A stretch of 64,000 bases of DNA from Spirochaetota bacterium (lineage in GTDB: Bacteria > Spirochaetota > UBA4802 > JAFGDQ01). The DNA lies in the NCBI GenBank assembly GCA_043803405.1, contig JAZDKB010000010.1:1-64000 (forward strand), written 5' to 3'. Below, piece after piece: positions 17,503-27,700 of this stretch. Position 1 is the first letter of the stretch, and each line of letters opens with the position of its first letter. Both the position numbers and the translations under genes were made by a program. Under the pieces are notes generated by a model. It ran no database searches and was not told the origin of the DNA. It saw nothing but the letters and a program-made list of their open reading frames with translations.

Positions 17503-17542
17503 TTTCGTTTAAACAGGTTCTTAGCAGACATGAGGAGGAATA

Positions 17543-18100
17543 GTGTCTTTAAAAATAAAGAAAGGAAGCGCAGCGAAAAGCTTAAAAAGCGCTGTTGAAG
17601 AGATATCAGGCGTAGATATCAGTGTATGCCTGCAGTGCAAAAAATGCTCCAGCGGTTGTCCGGTAACTGAGTTTTCCGGATCTTCTCCATCGGAAATATT
17701 AAGAAGACTGCAACTTAACGCAGGGGAAGAACTGCTTGAGAGCGGTATTATCTGGCTTTGCGCATCATGCGAGACATGCTACGCGCGTTGTCCTATGAAA
17801 ATCGATATGGCTGCAGTTATGGACGCGCTGCGCAGTATTGCGGTAAAAACGCGCGCACCAAAACCGGAAGGCGATGCTCCGCTCTTCAATAATATATTGC
17901 TAAGAATGATCAGGTTTTTCGGCAGATCTTATGATATTGCCGCTATGGCACTTTACAAGGCAGGTACAGGATCTTTTTTGAAAGATACTGACAAGCTCCC
18001 GACTATCTTAAAAAAAGGCAAGATAGCTATTTTACCTCCACGCGGCGGGGATATAGAGACCGTGAGACGAATATTTAAAAAAATTGAGCAAGACAGATGA
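17543..18100 (+). CDS. hdrC: Heterodisulfide reductase subunit C-like
   Basis: CLQCKKCSSGCP and CASCETCYARCP; GTG start after GAGGAGG. Confidence 0.88.
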   Translation: MSLKIKKGSAAKSLKSAVEEISGVDISVCLQCKKCSSGCPVTEFSGSSPSEILRRLQLNAGEELLESGIIWLCASCETCYARCPMKIDMAAVMDALRSIAVKTRAPKPEGDAPLFNNILLRMIRFFGRSYDIAAMALYKAGTGSFLKDTDKLPTILKKGKIAILPPRGGDIETVRRIFKKIEQDR

Positions 18101-18987
18101 TATCTAAATCAAAACTAAAATACGCTTATTATCCGGGATGTTCGGCTGAGTCTACGGCACGCGATCAGCATTCTTCCGCAATGGCTGTGGCGCAGGCATT
18201 GGGTGTTGAGATGACTGAGATAAAGGGCTGGACCTGCTGCGGTTCTACGCCGGGCCACCAGACCGACAGGATTTTAGCAGCGTCTCTTGCTGCCGCAAAT
18301 CTTGCTAAGGCGCGCGATCTGGGACTTGATATGATTGTAAACTGCGCTGCCTGCTACAGCAGAATGAAAAGCGCAAATTTTGAAATAGCAAATGACATTG
18401 AAATAAGAAGAAAAGTTGAAGATGCGATAGGGAAAAATTATGACGGTTCTGTAAAGGTAAAACATTTTATTGAAGTGCTTTTGAATGATATTGGAATCGA
18501 TGCTATAAAGAACACAGTTACCAATCCAATCGCAGGGCTTAAGGTTGCTCCATATTACGGATGTTTGCTCGTTCGTCCTCCTGATGTAACTAAGTTTGAT
18601 AACCCCGAAAACCCGGTTTTCATGGACAGGCTGGTAAAAGCCATGGGCGGCGAGAGCATCGACTGGCCTCACAAGGTAGAGTGTTGCGGCGCAGGGCTCA
18701 CCCTGACAAGAGTTGATGTTGTGTTAAAGCTTACGGAATCGATTCTGCGTATGGCTAAAGAATCCGGCGCCGATTGCATCATAGTAGCGTGCCCTATGTG
18801 CCAGATGAACCTGGATATGAGACAACTTGATATCGCAAAAGAGACAGGGAAAAAATATAATATGCCGGTTTTATATATATCTCAGCTTCTGGGTTTGTCA
18901 TTCGGCATTAATGAAAAAGAACTCGGCTTGAATAAACTAATGATATCACCTTCCGCTGTTTTAAATATAACTAAAGGCGAAAGATAA
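18097..18987 (+). CDS. hdrB: Heterodisulfide reductase subunit B-like
   Basis: Two CCG domains: YYPGC, WTCCG, CAAC, YYGC, ECCG, ACPMC. Confidence 0.92.
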   Translation: MISKSKLKYAYYPGCSAESTARDQHSSAMAVAQALGVEMTEIKGWTCCGSTPGHQTDRILAASLAAANLAKARDLGLDMIVNCAACYSRMKSANFEIANDIEIRRKVEDAIGKNYDGSVKVKHFIEVLLNDIGIDAIKNTVTNPIAGLKVAPYYGCLLVRPPDVTKFDNPENPVFMDRLVKAMGGESIDWPHKVECCGAGLTLTRVDVVLKLTESILRMAKESGADCIIVACPMCQMNLDMRQLDIAKETGKKYNMPVLYISQLLGLSFGINEKELGLNKLMISPSAVLNITKGER

Positions 18988-18996
18988 TAATAAATT

Positions 18997-21900
18997 ATGA
19001 AAAAAAATAAAACTAAAATGACCGGATCTGTGCTCGTGCAGGGCGGAGGAATTGCCGGTGTCCAGGCAGCACTCGATCTTGCCAATTCCGGCTTTAAAGT
19101 TCAGCTTATTGAACGCTCTGCCACTATCGGCGGTATGATGTCGCATCTGGATAAGACATTCCCTACGGGCGACTGCGCAACATGTATTGTGTCGCCTAAA
19201 CTGGTTGAGTGCGCCAGGAACCTCAACATAGAAATACATACTCTTTCCGAGATTGAAACAATTGAAGGTGAGCCTGGTAATTTTACTGTAAATATAAAAA
19301 AGTCACCAGGGTACATAAATGAAAAAATCTGCAATGACTGCGGCGACTGTACAAAAGTTTGTCCTGTTGAAATAACCGACAAATTTAACCGCGACCTGGG
19401 AACAAGAAAGGCAGTACAAAAATATTATCCGCAGGCAATACCGAATAAGCCTTATATGCTTAAGCTGGGGCATGCTCCTTGCAAGATTGCATGTCCGGCA
19501 AATATTAATGTTCAGGGATATATTCAGCTTATTAAAAAAAAGGAATATATAAAAGCTGTTAATCTTATAAGGGAAAGAAACCCTCTTTCCGCTATATGCG
19601 GCCGGGTTTGTACCCATCCATGTGAAACAGCCTGTACACGAAGTAAGGTTGACTCGGCAGTGGCAATCAGGCAATTGAAGCGGTTTGCCTCTGATAAAGA
19701 GATGGAAATGATTGAGTCCGGGGCGATTTCTCTTCCTGATGAGAAGATTCCTTCACCTGACGCGAAGAAGGTAGCGATAGTCGGGGCAGGGCCTTCGGGT
19801 GTTACAGCCGCCCAGGATCTTGCGGATCGCGGTTATGCTGTGACCGTATATGAAGCGCGTTCTGCTGCAGGCGGCATGTTGCGCTGGGGGATTCCTGATT
19901 ACCGTCTCCCTGAAAGAATTCTGGATTACGAAATTGAACTTATCCGGCGAAAGGGAGTCACTTTTGTTTTTAACTGCACAATAGGGAAAGATATTTCCAT
20001 TAAAAAGCTGCGTGAAGAAAATGAAGCAGTATTTATAGGTATAGGAACACAAAAAAGTGCTGCACTTGGGATTAAGGGTGAAGATCTTGCCGGTGTTGAA
20101 TACGGTCTTGATTTTTTATTCAGGGTTAATTCGAAAGACAGCAAGCCTTCTGTAAAAGGACATGTGGTAATAGTCGGCGGCGGTGATGTGGCAATGGATG
20201 CTGCGAGTTGTGCGCTTCGGCTCGGCGCGGAGACTGTTACTATCGTCTATAGAAGGAGCGCGGCAGAAATTCCGGCTTCACAGGAAGAACTGGATAATGT
20301 AAAAGAAGAGGGTGCAAGGTTCCGGTTCCTGACTGATCCGGTTGAGTTTACCGGCAACGGAAACGGTCGACTTAAAAAGATGAAGTGCATAAAGATGGAG
20401 CTTGGGGAACCGGATGAATCCGGCAGACGAAGGCCTGTTCCTGTTAAAGGTTCTGAGTTTGAAATAGAAGTTGATACAGTTATAGTTGCCATAGGTAGCC
20501 AGGCGGAAACGATCCTTACGGATTATATCCCTGTTAATAAACGGGCCAATATTATTACTGACAATTTCGGATTAACTGAAAAAGACGGCATTTTCGCTGG
20601 TGGCGATGTCGTTACTGGTCCTGCGACTGTAATAGAAGCCGTAGCAGCAGGCAAGCTTGCAGCTGAATCGATTGATCTTTACATACGCCGCGGCGAAGCG
20701 CGCGATGTTAAACGTTTCAAAGACACTCTGAAACCTGTTCCGGAGAACCTCCTTCCTGCAACTAATACCATTGAAAAAAAATCCCGTGCTAAAGCCTGCA
20801 AATTGCCTGTAGAGAAAAGAAATAATAATTTTAATGAGATAGAAACTGCCTTTACGGAGGATAACGCGGTTGCGGAATCCGAACGATGTTTAAACTGCGC
20901 CTTATGTTCCGAATGTATGGAATGTGTCGCTGCCTGCGAAAAGAATGCCATTGATCATGATATGAAAGCTCAAAATACTGAGCTGGAAGTCGGGTCTGTC
21001 ATTCTTGCTCCGGGATTTAATGAGTTCGATGCCGAACTCAAAGGCGAATACGGATTTAACCGTTATACCAATGTGCTTACCAGCGTCCAGTTTGAACGTA
21101 TGCTTTCAGCCACTGGCCCTTATGGCGGGCATGTGCTGCGCAGGGATGATCAAAAAGATGCGAAGCGGATAGCATGGATACAATGTGTCGGTTCCCGCGA
21201 CTCAAACTGCGGAAACGAATATTGCTCGTCCATCTGCTGTATGGCCTCCACAAAACAGGCCATGATCGCCAGGGAACATGTCAATGGCCTGGAAGCCGCG
21301 ATATTTTATATGGATATCAGGGCATTCGGCAAAGATTTCGATCAGTATTATGAACGCGCAAGGAATACTGACGGTATTGAATATATAAGAAGTATCCCAT
21401 CCCGTATTATAGAGATGCCGGGAACAAAAGACCTGCGTTTGCGATATCTTAATGATAAATTCGAGAACGAGGAGCGGGATTTCGATCTTGTTGTGCTTTC
21501 CGTAGGCCTCGACCCGAAGAATATTTCCAGGTCAATCTCGCATTTAGGTATCGAGCTGAATGATTTCGGTTTTTGCGCGACTGACAGGTTTGATCCGCTC
21601 AGGACATCACGTCCGGGTGTGTTTGTTGCGGGAGTTTTCCAGGAACCGAAGGATATACCGGAAACCGTTACGCAGGCCAGCGCTGCCGCTTCCATGAGCA
21701 TGGAACTTTTATCGCTGGCGCGCAATACGCTTATAAGCAAAAAAATATTTCCGACTGAGCATGATATCACGGACGAAGCACCGAGAATCGGAGTGTTTGT
21801 ATGCCATTGCGGAATTAATATAGCTTCGGTTGTAGATGTTGAAAAAGTTACCGAAACCATATCCAACGATCCGGATGTTGTTTTTGCAAATCACACAATG

Positions 21901-23430
21901 TATACATGTTCGGATTCAAGTCTGTCGGAAATAAAAAAAGCTATAATCGAAAACAGACTTAACCGCGTTGTTGTTGCGTCATGCACGCCAAGAACCCATG
22001 AACCTCTGTTCCGCGAAACTTTGCAGGAGGCCGGGCTTAATCCGTATCTTTTTGACCTGGCAAACATCAGGGATCAATGCTCATGGGTTCATTCATCCGA
22101 ACCTGAAGCAGCTACAGAAAAGGCTATAGATCTTGTACGCATGTCAATCGCAAGGGCCCGCCTGCTGACTCCTCTTGAAGGAGAAGTTCTCGCAGTAAAT
22201 CAAAGCGGCCTTGTTATCGGGGGCGGTCTTTCCGGGATGACGGCAGCACTTTCTCTTGCAGAACAGGGTTTCAAAATTCATCTGATTGAACGCACCGGTT
22301 CTCTGGGCGGGAACCTGCTGAAAATATACAGAACGCTGGAACATGATGACATTTCGGAATTAACCGCAAATTTGATAAAACGCGTAGAGAACCATCCGAG
22401 CATAAGTCTTTACATGTCAACGGATGTCGCGTCTGTTTCAGGACATGTCGGAAAATTTCTTGTTAAGCTTTCAATTAACGGAAAGAACGTCGAGGTTCAA
22501 TGCGGCGCAATAATTGTAGCAACAGGCGCCGAACAGGCGGAAACCGCAGAATACCTGAATGGGAAATCCGATAATGTTATTACACAGATTGAGCTGGAAA
22601 AGCGTTTACAAAAAGGAGAATTTTCCAAAAATAATTCTAATGTTGTGATGATACAGTGTGTCGGCTCACGCAATGATGAACACGCCTATTGCAGCAGGGT
22701 ATGCTGCTCCATGGCTGTTCAAAACGCTTTAAGTATAAAGGAAAAATCACCGGATACAAACGTATTTGTTCTATACCGCGATATGAGAACATATGGTTTC
22801 CGCGAGTCATATTATAAAAAAGCGCGTGAAGCCGGCGTTGTCTTTATCCGCTACGACCGGAATAATCCTCCTGCAGTTTCGGATGACAATGGTATTGTTG
22901 TTAAATTAAAAAGTCCTGATTTTCCTGAAGAACTTGAGATAGAAACGGACTTAGTAGCGCTTAGCACAGGAATAAATGCTGTGGATAACAAGCGTCTCTC
23001 CGATATGCTTAAAGTGCCTCTTAACGCGGACGGTTATTATGTTGAGGCTCATTTAAAGCTTCGTCCGGTAGATTTTACTACAGAAGGAATTTTTTTATGC
23101 GGGCTTGCCCATTCCCCGAAATTTATAGACGAGAATATTTCGCAGGCACGCGCAGCTGCATCGCGCGCAGCAACAATACTGTCAAAGACCCAGCTGCAGG
23201 CCGGCGCCCAGGTTTCTTTTGTAGATCAGAAAAAATGTATTTCGTGCATGACCTGCCTGAAATCCTGCCCGTACGGTGCGCCGTTTATCAACGTGGATCA
23301 CAAGGCGGAGATAGTTGCGGCAAAATGCATGGGATGCGGCATCTGCGCTTCGGAATGCCCGGCGCGGGCAATACAACTAAGCCATTTTATGGCGAAACAG
23401 ATTATCACAATGATCGATGCAATACTATGA
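18997..23430 (+). CDS. hdrA: HdrL-type large flavoprotein: two HdrA FAD modules with an inserted GltD-like NAD(P)H module
   Basis: GGGIAG and DKTFPT; APCKIACP, CGRVCTHPCE, GAGPSG, GGGDVAMD..YRRS; two CVGSR..CS..CC motifs; VCHCG; C-terminal 2x[4Fe-4S]. Confidence 0.9.
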   Translation: MKKNKTKMTGSVLVQGGGIAGVQAALDLANSGFKVQLIERSATIGGMMSHLDKTFPTGDCATCIVSPKLVECARNLNIEIHTLSEIETIEGEPGNFTVNIKKSPGYINEKICNDCGDCTKVCPVEITDKFNRDLGTRKAVQKYYPQAIPNKPYMLKLGHAPCKIACPANINVQGYIQLIKKKEYIKAVNLIRERNPLSAICGRVCTHPCETACTRSKVDSAVAIRQLKRFASDKEMEMIESGAISLPDEKIPSPDAKKVAIVGAGPSGVTAAQDLADRGYAVTVYEARSAAGGMLRWGIPDYRLPERILDYEIELIRRKGVTFVFNCTIGKDISIKKLREENEAVFIGIGTQKSAALGIKGEDLAGVEYGLDFLFRVNSKDSKPSVKGHVVIVGGGDVAMDAASCALRLGAETVTIVYRRSAAEIPASQEELDNVKEEGARFRFLTDPVEFTGNGNGRLKKMKCIKMELGEPDESGRRRPVPVKGSEFEIEVDTVIVAIGSQAETILTDYIPVNKRANIITDNFGLTEKDGIFAGGDVVTGPATVIEAVAAGKLAAESIDLYIRRGEARDVKRFKDTLKPVPENLLPATNTIEKKSRAKACKLPVEKRNNNFNEIETAFTEDNAVAESERCLNCALCSECMECVAACEKNAIDHDMKAQNTELEVGSVILAPGFNEFDAELKGEYGFNRYTNVLTSVQFERMLSATGPYGGHVLRRDDQKDAKRIAWIQCVGSRDSNCGNEYCSSICCMASTKQAMIAREHVNGLEAAIFYMDIRAFGKDFDQYYERARNTDGIEYIRSIPSRIIEMPGTKDLRLRYLNDKFENEERDFDLVVLSVGLDPKNISRSISHLGIELNDFGFCATDRFDPLRTSRPGVFVAGVFQEPKDIPETVTQASAAASMSMELLSLARNTLISKKIFPTEHDITDEAPRIGVFVCHCGINIASVVDVEKVTETISNDPDVVFANHTMYTCSDSSLSEIKKAIIENRLNRVVVASCTPRTHEPLFRETLQEAGLNPYLFDLANIRDQCSWVHSSEPEAATEKAIDLVRMSIARARLLTPLEGEVLAVNQSGLVIGGGLSGMTAALSLAEQGFKIHLIERTGSLGGNLLKIYRTLEHDDISELTANLIKRVENHPSISLYMSTDVASVSGHVGKFLVKLSINGKNVEVQCGAIIVATGAEQAETAEYLNGKSDNVITQIELEKRLQKGEFSKNNSNVVMIQCVGSRNDEHAYCSRVCCSMAVQNALSIKEKSPDTNVFVLYRDMRTYGFRESYYKKAREAGVVFIRYDRNNPPAVSDDNGIVVKLKSPDFPEELEIETDLVALSTGINAVDNKRLSDMLKVPLNADGYYVEAHLKLRPVDFTTEGIFLCGLAHSPKFIDENISQARAAASRAATILSKTQLQAGAQVSFVDQKKCISCMTCLKSCPYGAPFINVDHKAEIVAAKCMGCGICASECPARAIQLSHFMAKQIITMIDAIL

Positions 23431-23876
23431 AAACAAATAAATTTGAACCGAAAATTATAGCATTCTGCTGCCATTACTGCGCTTATGCTGCGGGAGACCT
23501 GGCAGGCTCCATGCGTCTTCAATACCCGGCGAATATACGCATTATACGCACACCATGCACAGGCAAACTTGAAGTCGAATATTTCATGAGGGCTTTCGAG
23601 AAAGGCGCCGACGGTGTGCTTATAGCTGGATGCGAGGAAGGAAGCTGTCATTTTATTGAAGGAAATTTAATGGCAAAGCGCCGCGTCAATTATTCCCGCG
23701 GACTACTGGAAGAGGCCGGGTTTGAAAAAGAGCGGATAAGAATGATCAATCTTTCGGCAGCCATGGGAAACCGTTTCGCGGAGCAGGTTCGCGACATGGT
23801 GGAAAGTATTCGCGAACTTGGCCCAAGCCCGCTTAACCGGTCCGAAAAATTGAATAAACAGGAGACATATATATGA
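23427..23876 (+). CDS. mvhD: MvhD/FlpD-family [2Fe-2S] protein (copy 2)
   Basis: FCCHYCAY, PCTGK, GCEEGSCHF; ATG overlaps the hdrL stop (ATGA). Confidence 0.92.
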   Translation: MKTNKFEPKIIAFCCHYCAYAAGDLAGSMRLQYPANIRIIRTPCTGKLEVEYFMRAFEKGADGVLIAGCEEGSCHFIEGNLMAKRRVNYSRGLLEEAGFEKERIRMINLSAAMGNRFAEQVRDMVESIRELGPSPLNRSEKLNKQETYI

Positions 23877-24541
23877 TAGTTGCGGAAAGAAAAAAAATAA
23901 ATGAACTTGTAGATATATTAAAAGGACACAAAAAAATACTGGTGCTCGGATGCGGGACATGCGTTACAGTATGTCTTGCCGGCGGCGAACGCGAAGTAAG
24001 CATTATTTCCTCAGCGCTGCGTATTGCTTCCAGGCTTAAAGGCTTAAACTTTGAAATTGAGGAGTACACAATTGAGCGTCAGTGCGACAATATATTCATA
24101 GAAGAAATAGCCGATAAAGTCGAAAGGAATGATGTTGTCCTTTCATTGGGATGCGGCGCCGGAGTTCAGGCTATTGCCGAAAGATTCCCGATGAAACCGG
24201 TTTATGCGGGACTTAATACCGCGTTTATCGGCATACTCGAAGAGAGAGCAGTCTGGGCGGAAAAGTGCGCGGCCTGCGGTGCGTGCGTTCTTCATGAATT
24301 CGGCGGCATTTGCCCTATAACACGCTGTGCAAAGCACATGCTGAACGGGCCCTGCGGCGGCTCACGCGAAGACCGCTGCGAAGTGCGTCCCGATCGGGAG
24401 TGCGCGTGGCAGCTTATTTACAAGAGGCTAAGCAATATCGGGGAACTCGACAGGTTAAAGCGCATAAGAGAGCCGAAGAACTGGAATGCAAGTCTCTCCG
24501 GCGGCAGCCGTATAATTATACGCGAAGACCACAGAATATAA
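23873..24541 (+). CDS. metV: MetV (methylene-THF reductase Fe-S/Zn subunit)
   Basis: GCGTCVTVC, ERQCD, GCGAG, CAACGAC..CPITRC..NGPCGG..CAW. Confidence 0.9.
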   Translation: MIVAERKKINELVDILKGHKKILVLGCGTCVTVCLAGGEREVSIISSALRIASRLKGLNFEIEEYTIERQCDNIFIEEIADKVERNDVVLSLGCGAGVQAIAERFPMKPVYAGLNTAFIGILEERAVWAEKCAACGACVLHEFGGICPITRCAKHMLNGPCGGSREDRCEVRPDRECAWQLIYKRLSNIGELDRLKRIREPKNWNASLSGGSRIIIREDHRI

Positions 24542-24561
24542 ATTGCGGATTTAACATACCC

Positions 24562-24602
24562 TGCTTTCCCCATTTTATTTCATTAAAAAATTGGGGAAAG
24601 CA
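24562..24602 (+). terminator. Hairpin after metV
   Basis: TGCTTTCCCCA / TGGGGAAAGCA 11-bp stem; no clear U-tract. Confidence 0.4.
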
Positions 24603-24651
24603 TAAAGTCCCGCTTACCTTCCGACTGATTTAAACAATTCAAAAAACTTGA

Positions 24652-24680
24652 TTGAAATTTAGATTCTTACCATGTACAGT
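24652..24680 (+). promoter_or_regulatory. Putative sigma-70 promoter of gltBD
   Basis: TTGAAA-17 bp-TACAGT, 32 bp upstream of the ATG. Confidence 0.45.
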
Positions 24681-24712
24681 ATATAAAAAGTGTATATGGA
24701 GTATGAAAATTA

Positions 24713-27700
24713 ATGAACAAATGGCTTTTAAAAAAAGGGCTTTACGACAGTGCATACGAACATGATTCATGCGGCATAGGATTTATTGCTCATATCAAAG
24801 GAATAAAATCGAACGATATCGTTAAACGCGGGCTTGAGATTCTCGAAAGGATGGAGCACAGGGGCGCTGAGAGCGCAGACAACAGGACAGGCGACGGCGC
24901 CGGTATTTTATTGCAGATACCTCACGATTTTTACTCAAGTAAAGTCGCCGGCATTCCTGAAACCGGACAATACGGCACCGGCCTTGTGTTTCTTCCGCCT
25001 GATAAAAGCGAAGCTGAAAAATATATTTCATTGCTTACAGAAATAACTGAATCGGAAGGACAAAATATAATTTCATGGAGAGATATTAAAGTTGATAATT
25101 CGGTTATCGGCGAAATAGCGAAACGATCCGAACCTGATATTAAACAGGTTTTCATTACAGGGAAGTCCTCTCAGGACACCGCCACGCTGGAGAGAAAACT
25201 GTATATTATACGCAAACAAATTGAAAACAAAATCCGGAATTCTTCCCTGGAACAGAAGGACTTGTTTCACATACCTTCGCTTTCCGCAAAGACCATTGTG
25301 TATAAAGGCATGCTGATGCCGGATCAGTTGAAGAAATATTTTTTCGATCTGCAGGACGAAAAGCTAACGAGCGCAATTGCCCTGGTACACTCAAGGTTCA
25401 GCACAAATACATTCCCTTCGTGGGACCTTGCCCAGCCGTTCAGAATACTCGCACACAACGGTGAAATAAATACTATAAAAGGAAACCGTTTCTGGATGCA
25501 GGCGAGAGAATCTTCTTTTTCGTCCGATTTGTTCGGCGAGGATATAAAAAAAATTCTGCCTGTGATAGAGCCGGGAAAAAGCGACTCCGCATCTCTTGAT
25601 AATGCACTTGAGATGCTTGCTGCTACTGGCCGCTCGCTTCCACATGCAATAATGATGCTTATCCCTGAATCATGGAATGATAAAAATCCCATATCGGAAG
25701 ACCTGAAATATTTCTATGAATATCATGCGACATTTATGGAGCCATGGGACGGGCCTGCGTCCATTGTGTTTTGCGACGGCCGCTATGTTGGCGGTACGCT
25801 TGACCGGAACGGCCTCCGGCCTTCGAGATATTATATTACAAAAAATGACATGATAGTAATGGGTTCGGAAGTCGGCGTGCAGACATTCGCTCCGGAGGAA
25901 ATATTATACAAAGGCAGGCTTATGCCGGGCAAACTTCTTCTTGTTGATACCGAAGAAGGCAGAATAATACCTGACGAAGAAATAAAAGATTCTATAGCGC
26001 ATGGAAAACCGTATAAAAATTGGATACAGGAAAACCGGATCAACCTTCACGATATTCAATTCACGGAAGAATCGCAGGTTGAAATAACAGGAGGCAAGCT
26101 GCATCAGCTGCAAATTGCTAATGCATACACAAGAGAAGATATCGAGACTATTATTTTACAGATGGCTTTAACTTCGCAGGAGCCAACAGGTTCAATGGGA
26201 ACAGATACGCCGCTCGCGGTATTCTCGGATAAGCCGCAGCCGCTTTTTAACTATTTTAAGCAGATGTTTGCCCAGGTCACAAACCCTGCAATTGATTCAA
26301 TTCGCGAAGAACTTGTAATGACACTGACCAGTTTTTTAGGAAGTCACGAAAATCTTTTGTCTGAAACAGAAAAGCACTGCTGCCTAATTAAATATTTTCG
26401 GCCTGTTTTTACAAATTCCGGGATACAGAAAATAAAGAATTTAAATAATCCGGCTTTTAAAAATACCATTATTGATGCGACATTCGCGGCTTTAAGCGGA
26501 AAATCTGCACTTGAAAAAGCCATGGATAAAATCTGCCGGGAGACAGAAGAAAAAGTGGATGAAGGTTGCACAATCATAATTATATCGGACAGGAATACCG
26601 GGCGCGATTATGCACCCATCCCTTCCCTTTTGGCATGTGCAGGCATTCACCATCATCTGATAAGAGTTAAAAAAAGAACAAGAACCGCTTTGCTTGTAGA
26701 AGCAGCCGAACCAAGGGAAGTTATGCATTTTGCATTGCTCTTCGGCTATGGAGCAGATGCCGTTAATCCTTATGGCGTGCTTGCTACTATTAATAATTTA
26801 TGCGAAGAAGGGAAAATACCATCTGAAATTAAGCCGAAACAGGCTGAAGAAAATTATTTAAAAGCTGTTGATAAAGGGCTACTAAAGGTCATTTCAAAGA
26901 TGGGCACATCCACTCTCAGAAGCTATCGTGGAAGTCAGATATTCGAAGCAGTCGGGCTGGGAAATGAAGTTATAGAAAAATATTTTACAGGAACCGACTC
27001 AAGGATAGAAGGAATCGGAATTGGGGAAATAGAGAAAGAGACGCTTATTAAACACGAGGCCGCTTTTATTAAAGGTAAGAGCATTCTTGAATCGCAGGGT
27101 GTTTATCAGTTCCGAAAATACGGAGAAAAACACGCATGGAACCCCGATACAATACGTTTGCTTCAGCAGGCAATACGCACTTCCGATTATAAAAGATACA
27201 AGGAGTTCTCGCGTATTTCAGATGAGCAGAACAGCAGGCCGCATGTAATCCGCGGCCTGTTTGAATTTAAAAACAATCCTGTACCGTTAAGCGAGGTCGA
27301 ATCGGTTCAGAATATTTTAAAAAGGCTGACTACCGGCGCCATGTCGTACGGTTCCATTAGCAAGGAGGCGCATGAGACCATCGCCATAGCTATGAACTCT
27401 ATGGGCGGAAGAAGCAACACCGGAGAGGGAGGCGAAGATCCCGACAGATTCATAAGACGGCACGACGGCTCCCTGCCCAGAAGCGCGATTAAACAAGTAG
27501 CTTCCGGCAGATTCGGAGTAACCAGCCATTACCTTGCGGACGCGGACGAGATACAAATAAAAATAGCTCAGGGCGCGAAACCGGGCGAGGGAGGGCAGCT
27601 CCCGGGACACAAGATCGATAAAATTATAGCAAAGACCCGGTACTCTACTCCGGGTGTAACTTTGATATCGCCGCCGCCTCACCACGATATATATTCGATT

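Noticed and set aside
23097..23426. N-terminal extension of the mvhD ORF
   Set aside because: Overlaps hdrL in another frame; homology starts at the ATG at 23427.
17543..24541. Selenocysteine recoding in the hdr/mvhD genes
   Set aside because: All expected Cys motifs are encoded as Cys and no in-frame TGA interrupts the ORFs.
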